The position numbers were made by a program, and so were the translations under genes. Under the pieces are notes generated by a model. That model had not been told where the DNA came from. It made no database searches and saw nothing but the letters and a program-made list of their open reading frames with translations. Shown here piece by piece: positions 19,409-29,921 of a DNA stretch of 64,000 nt (positions are counted from its first letter, which is position 1; every line of letters starts with the position of its first letter). This stretch comes from an uncultured Holophagales bacterium. GTDB lineage: Bacteria; Acidobacteriota; Thermoanaerobaculia; Multivoradales; UBA5704. The stretch lies in the NCBI GenBank assembly GCA_963842525.1, contig CAWJGT010000034.1:352001-416000 (forward strand). Reading direction: 5' to 3'.

Positions 19409-22400
19409 ATGATAGTGCGTCGATTTTTCCTTTCGTGCTCTCTTCTGCTGCTCCTGGCGGGCGCCTCCTCCGCCTTCGCCGCCCCCGCCAAGCCGGCAGC
19501 CGGCGGCCTCGACCCGGAGGTCTGGAAGGCCTACAGTTGGCGCGAGGTCGGCCCCTACCGCGGCGGCCGGTGCGCCGCCGTGACCGGCATCCCGGGTGAT
19601 GCCAAGACTTATTACTTCGGCGCCACCGGCGGCGGCGTGTGGAAGACGGTCGACGGCGGGCTCACCTGGAAGAACGTCTCCGACGGCTTCTTCGGCGGCT
19701 CGATCGGCGCGGTCGCGGTCTCCGAGTGGGACCCCAACGTCGTCTATGTCGGCGGCGGCGAAAAGACCGTCCGCGGCAACGTCTCGCACGGCGACGGCAT
19801 GTGGCGGTCGACCGACGCCGGCAAGACCTGGAAGCACGTCGGGCTCGACGACTCGCGCCACATCCCCCGCATCCGCGTCCATCCGAAGAACCCCGACCTG
19901 GTCTACGCCGCCGTGCTGGGCCACCTCTTCGGACCCAACGACATGCGCGGCGTCTACCGCTCGAAGGACGGCGGCGAGCACTGGGAGCGGCTGCTCTACG
20001 TCAACGACAAGGTCGGTGCGATCGACCTCGCGATGGACCCGACCAATCCGCGGATCCTCTACGCCACGATGTGGAACGTGAAGCGCACGCCGTGGAGCCT
20101 GGAGAGCGGCGGCCCCGGCTCCGGCATCTGGAAGAGCACCGACGGCGGCGACCACTGGACCGAGCTGACCCGCAACCCCGGCCTGCCCAAGGGCACCCTG
20201 GGCATCATCGGGATCACCGTCTCGCCGACCAACCCGGAGAACGTCTACGCCATGGTCGAGGCGGACGAAGGCGGCGTCTTCCGCTCGCGCGACGGCGGCA
20301 AGACCTGGACCAAGACCAACGAGGACCGGGGCCTGCGCCAGCGGGCCTGGTACTACACCAGGATCTATGCCGACACCGCCGACGAGGACGTGGTCTACGT
20401 CCTCAACGTCCAGTTCCACCGCTCCAAGGACGGCGGCAGGACCTTCAGGAACATCCCCGTGCCGCACGGCGACAACCACGACCTGTGGATCGCGCCCGAG
20501 GACCCCCTGCGGATGATCCAGAGCAACGACGGCGGAGCCAACGTCTCGACCGATGGCGGCACGACCTGGACGCCGCAGAACAACCAGCCCACCGCCCAGT
20601 TCTACCGGGTGTCGACCGACAATCACTTCCCCTACCGCATCCTCGGCGGGCAACAGGACAACAGCGCCGTGCGCATCCTGAGCCGCGCGCCGGGCGGCGG
20701 TATCGGCTTCGACGACTGGCAGGAGACGGCCGGCGGCGAGAGCGGCTACATCGTCGCCGATCCCGAGAACCCGGACATCGTCTACGGCGGCTCCTATGGC
20801 GGCTTCCTGCACCGCGTCGACCACGACACCGGTGCGCAGCGCGACGTCAACATCTGGCCGAACGACCCCATGGGCGCAGGCGCCGCGGACCTCAAGTACC
20901 GGTTCCAGTGGAACTACCCGATCCTCTTCTCGCCGAACGACCCGAACACCCTCTATGCCTCGGCCAACGTCCTCTTCAAGAGCACGGACGAGGGACAGAG
21001 CTGGGAGCCGATCTCGCCCGACCTGACGCGCAACGACAAGTCCAAGCTGGGACCGTCCGGCGGCCCCATCACCAAGGACAACACGTCCGTCGAGTACTAC
21101 GCGACGATCTTCACCGTCGCCGAATCGCCGCTCGAGAAGGGGGTGATCTGGGCCGGCTCGGACGACGGCCTGATCCATGTGACGCGCGACGGCGGCAAGA
21201 ACTGGAGCAACGTCACTCCCAAGGGACTCCCCGAGTGGGCGCAAGTCAACGCCATCGACGCGCACCCGTTCGAGAAGGGGGGCGCCTACGTGGCCGCCAC
21301 CCGCTACAAGAGCGACGATTTCCTGCCCTATCTCTACAGGACGACCGATTACGGCAAGAGCTGGACGCGCATCGACGACGGCATCGACCGGATGCATTTC
21401 ACGCGCGTCGTGCGAGCCGATCCGGGCAAGCGCGGCGTCCTCTACGCCGGCACCGAGCGCGGCGTCTACGTCTCCTTCGACAACGGCCGCAAGTGGCAGC
21501 CGCTCCAGCTCAACCTCCCCATCGTGCCGATCACCGACCTCACGATCAAGAACGGTGACCTGGTGGCCGCCACCCAGGGGCGCGGCTTCTGGGTGCTCGA
21601 CAACGTGTCGTTCGTGCACCAGTTGCCGACCGACCTCGCGAGCCTGGCTGGCGAGCCGGCCCACCTCTTCGCTCCGGCGCCCGCCTACCGCCTGTTGGAC
21701 GGCTTCAACTTCCAGCCGCCGGGCATGGGCCAGAACCCGCCGGCCGGCACAGCCGTCTACTACTACCTGCCGGAGGCGCCGCCCGGCCAGACCCTGAAGC
21801 TGGAGATCCTCGACAGCGCCGGCACGACCCTCCGGACCTTCACGGGCAAGTCCGAGGCCGCCCCCGCCCCAGGCGACGAGAAGACGGCCGAGAAGAAGGA
21901 CAAGGAGAAGGAGGCCGCCAAGCCGCAGGACCCCGCTCAGAAGCCCGACGTGGGCAACCCGGAGAAAGACCCGGCCAAACAGGAGAAGGAGAAGGAAGAG
22001 GAGGAACCTGACGAAGAAGAGGAGAAGCCGGCCGTCCAGAAGGGGCTCAACCGCTTCATCTGGGATCACCGCTATCCTCTGCTCGGCAAGGTCCCCGGCA
22101 TGATCACCTGGTCGGGCGACCCGATCCAGCCCGTGGTCCTGCCCGGCGACTACCAGGTCCGCCTCACCTTCGGCGACAAGAGCTGGACGGCGCCCGCCCG
22201 CATCCTCCCGGACCCGCGCACCAACGCAAAGCCGGAGGACCTCCAGGCCCAGCACCAGTTCCTCGTCGAGATCCGCGACAAGATCGTCGAGACTCACGAC
22301 GCCATCCGCCGCATCCGCGAGGTCCGCGCCCAGCTCGACGACCTGCGCAAGCGGCTCGGCAAGGACGACAAGTACGACGCCCTGCTCGAGTCGGCGAAGG

Positions 22401-22708
22401 CGCTCGACAAGAAAATGACCGCGGTGGAAGAGGCCCTCTACCAGACCAAGAACCGCAGCCCGCAGGACCCGCTCAACTTCCCCATCCGCCTGAACGACAA
22501 GCTCAATGCCCTGGGTGCCTCCGCCAGCCTCGGCGACTTCCGGCCCACCAACCAGGCCGTGCAGGTCAAGCAGGAGCTGACCGCGGCGATCGACGCCGAG
22601 CTGGCCAAACTGACCGGCATCTGGACGACCGAGCTGGCCGCGTTCAACGAGCGAGCGGCGCGCGAGCAGGTTGCGACGGTGATTGTGCCCGTTCCTCGGC
22701 TAAAATAG
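19409..22708 (+). CDS. Secreted VPS10/sortilin-like BNR(Asp-box) repeat glycosyl-hydrolase-like protein
   Basis: Signal peptide, REVGPYRGGR, many (S/T)xDGGxTW Asp-boxes, PHGDNHDLWI, RFQWNYP, coiled-coil C-terminus. Confidence 0.9.
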   Translation: MIVRRFFLSCSLLLLLAGASSAFAAPAKPAAGGLDPEVWKAYSWREVGPYRGGRCAAVTGIPGDAKTYYFGATGGGVWKTVDGGLTWKNVSDGFFGGSIGAVAVSEWDPNVVYVGGGEKTVRGNVSHGDGMWRSTDAGKTWKHVGLDDSRHIPRIRVHPKNPDLVYAAVLGHLFGPNDMRGVYRSKDGGEHWERLLYVNDKVGAIDLAMDPTNPRILYATMWNVKRTPWSLESGGPGSGIWKSTDGGDHWTELTRNPGLPKGTLGIIGITVSPTNPENVYAMVEADEGGVFRSRDGGKTWTKTNEDRGLRQRAWYYTRIYADTADEDVVYVLNVQFHRSKDGGRTFRNIPVPHGDNHDLWIAPEDPLRMIQSNDGGANVSTDGGTTWTPQNNQPTAQFYRVSTDNHFPYRILGGQQDNSAVRILSRAPGGGIGFDDWQETAGGESGYIVADPENPDIVYGGSYGGFLHRVDHDTGAQRDVNIWPNDPMGAGAADLKYRFQWNYPILFSPNDPNTLYASANVLFKSTDEGQSWEPISPDLTRNDKSKLGPSGGPITKDNTSVEYYATIFTVAESPLEKGVIWAGSDDGLIHVTRDGGKNWSNVTPKGLPEWAQVNAIDAHPFEKGGAYVAATRYKSDDFLPYLYRTTDYGKSWTRIDDGIDRMHFTRVVRADPGKRGVLYAGTERGVYVSFDNGRKWQPLQLNLPIVPITDLTIKNGDLVAATQGRGFWVLDNVSFVHQLPTDLASLAGEPAHLFAPAPAYRLLDGFNFQPPGMGQNPPAGTAVYYYLPEAPPGQTLKLEILDSAGTTLRTFTGKSEAAPAPGDEKTAEKKDKEKEAAKPQDPAQKPDVGNPEKDPAKQEKEKEEEEPDEEEEKPAVQKGLNRFIWDHRYPLLGKVPGMITWSGDPIQPVVLPGDYQVRLTFGDKSWTAPARILPDPRTNAKPEDLQAQHQFLVEIRDKIVETHDAIRRIREVRAQLDDLRKRLGKDDKYDALLESAKALDKKMTAVEEALYQTKNRSPQDPLNFPIRLNDKLNALGASASLGDFRPTNQAVQVKQELTAAIDAELAKLTGIWTTELAAFNERAAREQVATVIVPVPRLK

Positions 22709-22783
22709 ATCCCCGGGGAGGCCGGCGTCCGGCCGGGCCTCCCACCTCCACCAACTCACGAGAGTCCTAGCGAAGGCCGAATC

Positions 22784-24583
22784 ATGACTGTACTGACCGA
22801 TCGAACGACCAGCTATGAGCTCGGGCCCTGGGACCTTTCGGAGCTGCTCCCGGAGCCGAGCGAAGCGGTGCTCAGCCAGCGGCTCGCCCACCTCGAGGCG
22901 GCGGTGGCGGCCTTCGAGCAGTGCCGCGGCAGGCTGCATCCACAGATGGACTCGGGCGAATTCCTCGACATCCTCCGCCAGTACGAGGCGCTCATCGAAG
23001 AGATGAACGTCCTCGGCGGCTACGCGTCGCTCTGGTTCTACTCCGACACCAGCAGCCAGGACGCGCTGACCTTCCGCAACCGGGTCCGCCAGGCCTCGAC
23101 GGCGGCCCACAACCGCATCCTGTTCTTCACGCTGTGGTGGCGCGGGCTCTCCGACGACGAGGCCCAGCGGCTGCTGCCGTCCGATCCCGCGCACGCCGAC
23201 CAGCGGCACTACCTGCGCGACCTGCGGCGGTTCCGCGCCCACACGCTCGACGAGAAGTCCGAGCAGATCATCAACATCAAGGACGACAACGGCATCGGCG
23301 CGGTGATGACCCTCTACTCCATGCTCACCAACCGGTTGGAGTTCACGTTGGAGGCGGACGGCGAGGTCAAGAAGCTGACCCGCGACGGGCTGATGAGCTA
23401 CGCCTTCTCACCCCAGCCCGACCTGCGGGAAGCCGCCTACCAGGAGCTCTACCGGATCTACGCGCACGAAGCGACGATCCTCGGCCAGATCTACGTCAAC
23501 CGGGTGCGCGACTGGTATGACGAGCAGGTGGTCCTGCGCGGCTACAAGTCGCCGATCGCCGTGCGCAACACCGACAACGACATCCCCGACCGCGCCGTCG
23601 AGGTGCTGCTCGAAGTGGCACGCGACAACGCGCCGCTGTTCCAGCGCTACTTCCGCATGAAGGCCGGCTGGCTCGGCCTCGACCGCCTGCGCCGCTACGA
23701 CCTCTACGCGCCGCTCGCTCCCTCGGACCGGCAAGTCCCCTACCCCGACGCGGTGCGCTCGGTGCTGGCGACCTTCCGGGCCTTTCATCCGGGGTTCGCC
23801 TCTCTCGCCGAGCGGGTCTTCGACGAGGGCCACCTGGACAGCGACATCCGCAGGGGCAAGCGGGGTGGCGCCTTCTGCTCCACCGTGCTGCCGCGCTACA
23901 CGCCCTGGGTGCTCGTCAACTACGCCGGCCGGGTGCGCGACGTGGCGACCCTCGCCCACGAGCTCGGGCACGCGATCCACAGCATGCTCGCCGAGCATCA
24001 TTCGGTGCTGACCCAGCACGCCTCCCTGCCGCTCGCCGAGACCGCATCCGTCTTCGGCGAGATGCTGATGACCGACCGGCTGCTGCGCGAGGAGAGCGAC
24101 CCGCTGATCCGCCGCGAGCTGCTGGCCGCGGCGGTCGACGACGTCTACGCCACGGTGCTGCGCCAGGCCTATTTCGTCCTCTTCGAGATCGAGGCCCACG
24201 AGGCCGCCCTCGCCGGCCGCACGATCGAGGAGATCAGCGACCTGTACCTGGGCAAGCTTCGCGATCAGTTCGGCGACAGCGTCGACGTGGCGCCGGAGTT
24301 CCGCTATGAGTGGCTGAGCATCCCGCACATCTACAACACACCCTTCTATTGCTACGCCTACAGCTTCGGTCAGCTCCTGGTGCTGGCGCTCTACCGGCGC
24401 TATCAGGAAGAGGGCGAAGCCTTCAAGCCCGGCTACCTGAAGCTCCTCGCCTATGGCGGCTCCGAGCGGCCGGAAACGATCCTGGCCGAGGTGGGCATCG
24501 ACATGGCCGACCGCACCTTCTGGCAGGGCGGCTTCGACCTCGTCCGCGAGAGGATCGACGAGCTGGAAGCGATCGAGCTGTAA
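22784..24583 (+). CDS. pepF: M3 family oligoendopeptidase F
   Basis: WDLSEL, GKRGGAFC, TLAHELGHAIH, LAETASVFGE, PFYCYAYSFGQL. Confidence 0.92.
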   Translation: MTVLTDRTTSYELGPWDLSELLPEPSEAVLSQRLAHLEAAVAAFEQCRGRLHPQMDSGEFLDILRQYEALIEEMNVLGGYASLWFYSDTSSQDALTFRNRVRQASTAAHNRILFFTLWWRGLSDDEAQRLLPSDPAHADQRHYLRDLRRFRAHTLDEKSEQIINIKDDNGIGAVMTLYSMLTNRLEFTLEADGEVKKLTRDGLMSYAFSPQPDLREAAYQELYRIYAHEATILGQIYVNRVRDWYDEQVVLRGYKSPIAVRNTDNDIPDRAVEVLLEVARDNAPLFQRYFRMKAGWLGLDRLRRYDLYAPLAPSDRQVPYPDAVRSVLATFRAFHPGFASLAERVFDEGHLDSDIRRGKRGGAFCSTVLPRYTPWVLVNYAGRVRDVATLAHELGHAIHSMLAEHHSVLTQHASLPLAETASVFGEMLMTDRLLREESDPLIRRELLAAAVDDVYATVLRQAYFVLFEIEAHEAALAGRTIEEISDLYLGKLRDQFGDSVDVAPEFRYEWLSIPHIYNTPFYCYAYSFGQLLVLALYRRYQEEGEAFKPGYLKLLAYGGSERPETILAEVGIDMADRTFWQGGFDLVRERIDELEAIEL

Positions 24584-24584
24584 A

Positions 24585-26295
24585 TCAGCGGGGCCGGTAG
24601 AGCCGCAGCACCGGCCCCGTCCGCAGGTCCGTCGGGACCCACTCCTTCACCAGCTCGAAGGACCGGAAGATCTCCTGGTACCGCTCCGCCATCGCGCGCT
24701 GGTGGGGCCGCGTCAGCGCTGCCGGGTCCTGGAACCGGAGATAGGCGGAATTCGCCACCAGGACATAGTCGAACCGTCGCAGCTCGGCCATTGACAGCCG
24801 GGTGACGAAGCGCCGGTGCAGCACCTTGTACTCGCCCGCCGGAAAGTTGGGCGTGTAGGTCTCCTTGGCGATCGACGCGCCGCGCGGCACGTTCTCCCGG
24901 ACCCAGGCCGCGGCCACGTCCCGCGTGCTCGGGCTCGCCAGGCCGATCGCCTGCCGGACCGTGCGGTCCGCCGGCAGCCAGAGGCAGACCGCAGCAAGCA
25001 AAGCGGCCAGCGCCGGACGCAGCCCGCGCTGTCGAAGGCCGCCCAGCCGCTCGATCCACTCCGCGATCCCCACCCCGAGGAAGGCCGCCAGGATCGGGAG
25101 CGCCGGGTAGAGGTTGCGCTTGACCACCATGTGCATCGACGAAATCAGCACCAGGTACGCCACCGGATAGGCGGCGAGCCAAAGCCACCGCCGCCGCTCG
25201 CGTCCCGCAGCCAGGTACAGGATGAGCCCTGACAGGCCAGCGATCAATGCCGGCAGGCCGAAGCTCCAGGCCAGGTCCCGTGTGTAGGCGGCTACATTGC
25301 TGTGCGGCATCACGCCGAGCCAACCGCCCCGGCCGTACTGGCGGGCGCCGAAGAACACCCCTCTCCGGCCTTCGAACGCCGCCTCCGGGAAGACCACGAG
25401 ACTGGGCATCACAACGAGGAACGCCGCGATCGCCGCGAGACCCGCCCAGAGGAGACCCAGCCCGAAGTCCCGCCGCGAGATCCGCCAACGCACCCAGACG
25501 GCCACGATCGCCACCGCCACGAGGCCGGCCGGATACTTGCTCCCCGCCGCCAGCCCGGCGGCGACCCCGGCGAGGAGGTAATCGACCGCCCGCTCCTCCT
25601 CCAGCAGCCGTGCCACGAAAAGAAGGCAGACCGTAGCAAAGAACGCTGACGGGACATCGCAGATATTGAGGTGCGATCCCTCGTTGTACAGCGGCGAGAA
25701 GATCAGCAGCAGTGAGCCGAGAGCTCCTGCCCATATGCCTCCCATCCGTTCGCCGATCCGATACACCGGAACGACCGTGAGCGCCGAGAGCAGCCCTACG
25801 ACCGATCGCAACACGAGCCACGACACTCCCAGCGGCTCCGTCACTCCCACGAGGCGCGCCCATCCGCCCACCACGCCCGGGAAGAGCGACGCCAGCCAGA
25901 GGGCCAGTGCGTCCGCGTAGTACATCAAGTGTGGATAGACGAACGAGAGGCGCAGCGGCTGTCCGCCGACGATCTTGCTCGCATGGTGGTAGTAGGTCCC
26001 CTCGTCCGCGTAGTACCGCCCTTCGACCTCATGCGAAAGGCCGGTGAAGCGGACCGCCAGCGCGAGCACGACCAGAGCCGGCAGGAGCAGCGCCAGGACG
26101 AGCCCGGCCCTTTTTTCCCGCAATCCGGCGGGCCAGGAGGGCACCCAGCCAGAACACCGTCGCCAGCAGGGCCGCCACGACGACGACGCGGTCTACGACA
26201 GCCGGCAGGCCATGACCGAGAATGTCGAGGAGCCAGAGGAGGAGCACCAGGACCCACGAGAGCCCGGCCGCCCTGAAGCACACCCGCGACATCAT
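24585..26295 (-). CDS. GT-C / ArnT-PMT_2-like membrane glycosyltransferase, frameshift near 26110
   Basis: YYADEGTY loop, [11 protein letters not shown], multiple TM helices. The hydrophobic N-terminus ([11 protein letters not shown]..) is in another frame across a T7 homopolymer, and its ATG overlaps the ynfA stop. Confidence 0.75.
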
Positions 26296-26616
26296 CTCCG
26301 CCCGAAAAGGATCAACGCGGCACCCAGGAGGCAGAGGCCGGCTCCGCAGAGGTCCGCGAGATCGGGCCGCCGGAGACTCCATCACCCGCGCCCAGGCCAG
26401 CGCGGCCACGATGTAGATCGCGCCATAGGCGGCGAACGCCCGTCCGGCGAAATCAGACTCCACGAACGTCAGCGCCACGGCGAAGACGATCAGGCAGGCC
26501 GCTCCCGGAATCAGCCAGAGAGGGGAGCGGCCGAGCCGAAGCCACATCCAGACCATGTAGCAGCCTGCGATCTCGCAGCCGGCGGCAACCAGGAAGGCGA
26601 TCAGGCTCCGTGCCAT
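26292..26616 (-). CDS. YnfA/UPF0060 small membrane protein, frameshift near 26375
   Basis: [34 protein letters not shown]. The alternate frame ends [20 protein letters not shown]-stop. Confidence 0.8.
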
Positions 26617-26662
26617 CCGTGCAGCATTGCTCACCGCTGCGGGCGATGCAAGAGGCTCTTGC

Positions 26663-26959
26663 CTACCAGACGAACAACAGGTCGAACCGGTTGTCGGACG
26701 CGGCACCCGCGTGGTTGAAGCACCGGACCGACGCGCTGAAGTCGGCTCCTCCAGTGGTCCAGCTCACCACCTTGCACTGGTCCGCGTCCTCTCCGCCATA
26801 GGCCGTCACCTGAACGTGGCCTCCGGCTCCCCACGAGCCGCTCCCCGCGAACAGGGCGCCCCCGCCCACGGCCTTGCAGGTGACGGTATAGGTGCCGACC
26901 GCGGTTCGGGTCACGCTGATTCCCGCGGACCTGGCGAGCGAATTGTAGGAGTAGGGCAC
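26663..26959 (-). pseudogene. Probable C-terminal remnant of a secreted beta-rich protein
   Basis: [44 protein letters not shown] reads like an extracellular beta domain with a Cys pair. No signal peptide or clear RBS. Confidence 0.45.
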
Positions 26960-27275
26960 CGAATAGGCGCGCCAGCGCGAGCAACGTTACACGGGTAGAC
27001 CGCTTCCCTTCCCTGGGTAAGCAATTGCCCGATCCAAAGGCGAATTCCTGAGATCCTCCCACAGCGCCGGACCTGGCAATTCCTTTGCACCCGGACCGTT
27101 GACAGGCGACAAAGAGGTCCGCTGCCAACGTCAGCCGACATTTACTTCTGATTCCAGGCCCCTGCCGTGACTTTTCAAGTTGGGGAGCCCCGGCGGTGCC
27201 TCGCCCACTGCACCTGATGGATCTGAAGCGGCACGCCCGTATGGAGCGGAACGTGCCGTAGGAGAAGGAGAGGAT

Positions 27276-28502
27276 ATGTCACATTCCAAGACGATCGTAT
27301 GGCGCAGTCTGCCGGTCCTGGTCGCGCTCGTCAGCCTCCTGACGATCGGCGTTCAGACCGCCGGAGCCGCTCCCCGTGTGGACGTCTCGCAGTCCCTCGG
27401 GCATGGCCTCCACACCGTCCAGTTCTCCACCCCGCGGGGGACGCTCAGCGTACGCCTTCCGGGCGACATGGCCCAGGGAGACGCGGTCACCGGGACGTTC
27501 GCCGCGTCCTACGCCGGTCTCGCCGGCTACGAAGTCGAGATCGGTGGCGTGAGATCGCTGGTCTCGGAGGGGCGGATCTCCACTCTGCTGCCGATGGCCG
27601 AGCGGACCCGTGTGACCCTGCGCAACCCGCAGGGCCGGGTCATCGCCAGCACCTCGCTGTCGGCCCTGCCGGAAGCGCCGGACCTGACCGCACTGTTCGC
27701 AGCCGCGCCGATGCTCCTGCCTCGCATCAACCAGGCAGGCCTTCCGGTGCGGGTGCTGGGTGACTTCGCAGGGTCGTTCGACGGAGTCGCCGTAACCCTC
27801 GGCGGCCGGCCGGCCGAGCTGCTGGCCGTATCACCCCGCACCCTCGTGGCGGGCACGCCGCCGGACCTTCTGGGGCTCACCCGCATCGTCGTGAGCCGCG
27901 GCGGCGTCACGGCGGAGGGGGACCTCCAGAGCTTCGCGATCCGTACCGAGATGGCTCAGCAGACGCTCCGCGAGGGGGAACGGACCTCGCTGCGGGTCCG
28001 CATCGAAGGCCTCCAGGGCTGGAAGGAGGCGCTCACCCTGAGCGCGATCAACCGGACGCCGGATACCGTCCTGCTCGAAGGTGCCAATGGAAACCTGCTC
28101 GATCAGTCGATCGCGGCGGACGCGATCGATGGCCGCGGCACGTTTTCGACCGAGCTGAGCCTGCTCGGGCTGCGCGATGGGCAGCTCGATGTGTCGATCG
28201 TGGTCGGCACTCCCACCACGGGCCCACAGCACCTGGTCAATGTGACGACACCACCCCACATCACCGCCACTTCCGCGTATGCGCCTCCCAGCAGCCACGC
28301 CACCAACGAGACCTGGCCGCCCCACATGGTGAACGTCTCCTGGCCCCCCCACACCGCAAACGTGACATGGCCGCCGGCCCACGTTGGCAACGTGAGCTGG
28401 ATGGTTCACCACACGGGCACGACGGTCTGGCAACTGCCGGCGACGGATACCAATCCCAAAGAGACCCCCAAGGAGTCCAAACCCGGCGATATTCAGAACT
28501 GA
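27276..28502 (+). CDS. Secreted hypothetical protein with C-terminal H-x2-N-V-[ST]-W-P-P repeats
   Basis: RBS GGAGAAGGAG, signal peptide ending AGA-A, beta-rich body, ~7 His-anchored repeats at 28230-28430. Confidence 0.8.
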   Translation: MSHSKTIVWRSLPVLVALVSLLTIGVQTAGAAPRVDVSQSLGHGLHTVQFSTPRGTLSVRLPGDMAQGDAVTGTFAASYAGLAGYEVEIGGVRSLVSEGRISTLLPMAERTRVTLRNPQGRVIASTSLSALPEAPDLTALFAAAPMLLPRINQAGLPVRVLGDFAGSFDGVAVTLGGRPAELLAVSPRTLVAGTPPDLLGLTRIVVSRGGVTAEGDLQSFAIRTEMAQQTLREGERTSLRVRIEGLQGWKEALTLSAINRTPDTVLLEGANGNLLDQSIAADAIDGRGTFSTELSLLGLRDGQLDVSIVVGTPTTGPQHLVNVTTPPHITATSAYAPPSSHATNETWPPHMVNVSWPPHTANVTWPPAHVGNVSWMVHHTGTTVWQLPATDTNPKETPKESKPGDIQN

Positions 28503-28597
28503 CATTCCGGCAAGCCGGAACGAGACAGCCGGCCCGACCCGCGATGGAACCGGCCGGGCAGGCTGTCTCCACCGGCTCCGGCCAAAGGAGAAAAACC

Positions 28598-29710
28598 ATG
28601 CAACGCAGCATTCGATCCAATTTTATTGCCTTGGCAGCTTGCCTCCTGGCCCTGCAGGCCGCTCGACCGGCTGCGGCCGAGGCGGGGGCTCCCACCCCGC
28701 CGCAAGACCTCCCCAAGGTGTGGTTCAACCAACACGCCATCGAGGGGGCGCAGGCAAAGATCGACGTCAACGATCCGTTGGCGGTGTTCCGCCTGGTCTT
28801 CTCTCAGCTCGCCGACGAGGTGGTCGTCTACCCGACCGAAAATTACTACTACTACCAATTCCAGAACGGCGGCAAGACCTACTGGGGGAACCTCCGGCTG
28901 GATGCGAACGATCGCGACCGGGGCGTGCTCCACCTGGGCTACTTTCAATTCAACGAGAGCGGCATCTCGAAGGATCTCACCGGTTTGGGCCGTCCGCTGA
29001 CCATCGCCGATGGCGTCCGGCTCTCGAAGGTGGACCCGTGGCGATACGACGTCGGATTCGAAGGGAGGACGGTCCGCTTCAGGCTCAACGACACGGGCTA
29101 CGCGCCGCCGCAACGCGCTCGCCTTCGCCCCGGCGAGACCTACGTGGGGCCGGTGTTCGACGAATCGGGTCTCAGGTTCCACCTGATCTTCGATCGCGAC
29201 ACCCGGCACTTCATGTATGTCCTCAATGAGGACGTCGAGGTGCCCGAGGAGCTCATCCGCTTCAGCGATCGGGTCCTGATCGGCCGGCGTTCCGCGTTTG
29301 CTTTCCTCGACGACAGCGCCAACACGCGCAAGGTCCTCATCGCCGTGCACGCCAACAATGTCAACCGCAACAATTACTACGACGGGCCGTTCGATCAGCT
29401 TCCCGACAACTATGCCGAACGGACGCAGATCCAAGGCTTCATCGAGGCCGCCTACCCGTACATGAAGGGCAACATCGACCGGGTCGGCAAGCTCCTCAGC
29501 AGCAACGACACGCAGAGGGTCGCGATCGCACCGTACGCCGTCTACAGTCACATGGGCGAGCTCCAATTCGTCGACGCCTGCGCCGGAAAAGCCGGCAACG
29601 AGGGCAGCTTCTACACCTGTGTCACGCCCGACCTGCAGAGCATGCAGATGGCCTTCGGTCCGCCGGTGCCGATCGGCGAAGCGTCGGTGCGCGGAAAGGT
29701 GGGCGACTGA
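28598..29710 (+). CDS. Secreted hypothetical protein (YPTENYYY / NNYYDGPFDQLPDN motifs)
   Basis: RBS AAGGAG, signal peptide, aromatic-rich globular sequence, C-terminal Cys pair. No function assignable. Confidence 0.8.
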   Translation: MQRSIRSNFIALAACLLALQAARPAAAEAGAPTPPQDLPKVWFNQHAIEGAQAKIDVNDPLAVFRLVFSQLADEVVVYPTENYYYYQFQNGGKTYWGNLRLDANDRDRGVLHLGYFQFNESGISKDLTGLGRPLTIADGVRLSKVDPWRYDVGFEGRTVRFRLNDTGYAPPQRARLRPGETYVGPVFDESGLRFHLIFDRDTRHFMYVLNEDVEVPEELIRFSDRVLIGRRSAFAFLDDSANTRKVLIAVHANNVNRNNYYDGPFDQLPDNYAERTQIQGFIEAAYPYMKGNIDRVGKLLSSNDTQRVAIAPYAVYSHMGELQFVDACAGKAGNEGSFYTCVTPDLQSMQMAFGPPVPIGEASVRGKVGD

Positions 29711-29921
29711 CACGCACGACCTCGATCCGCTCGCCGACGCGGACCACCACTCTCTCCAGCGGTCTGCTCTCCGGCTGGCAGGCGGCGAGCCGCTCGCGAA
29801 GGTCCGCATGCCGCTCCAGGTCCAGACTCCCATTGGTCCCGTTTCTCTCGCCGTCTGACAGTGGCAGCCCTTCTGGGTCGTGCTCTTCTGCCGGCCTCGC
29901 TCTCCATGCGGGACGGGCCGA

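Noticed and set aside
21850-22030. Lys/Glu-rich low-complexity stretch in the VPS10-like protein
   Set aside because: Ordinary variable linker at a position where this family often has insertions.
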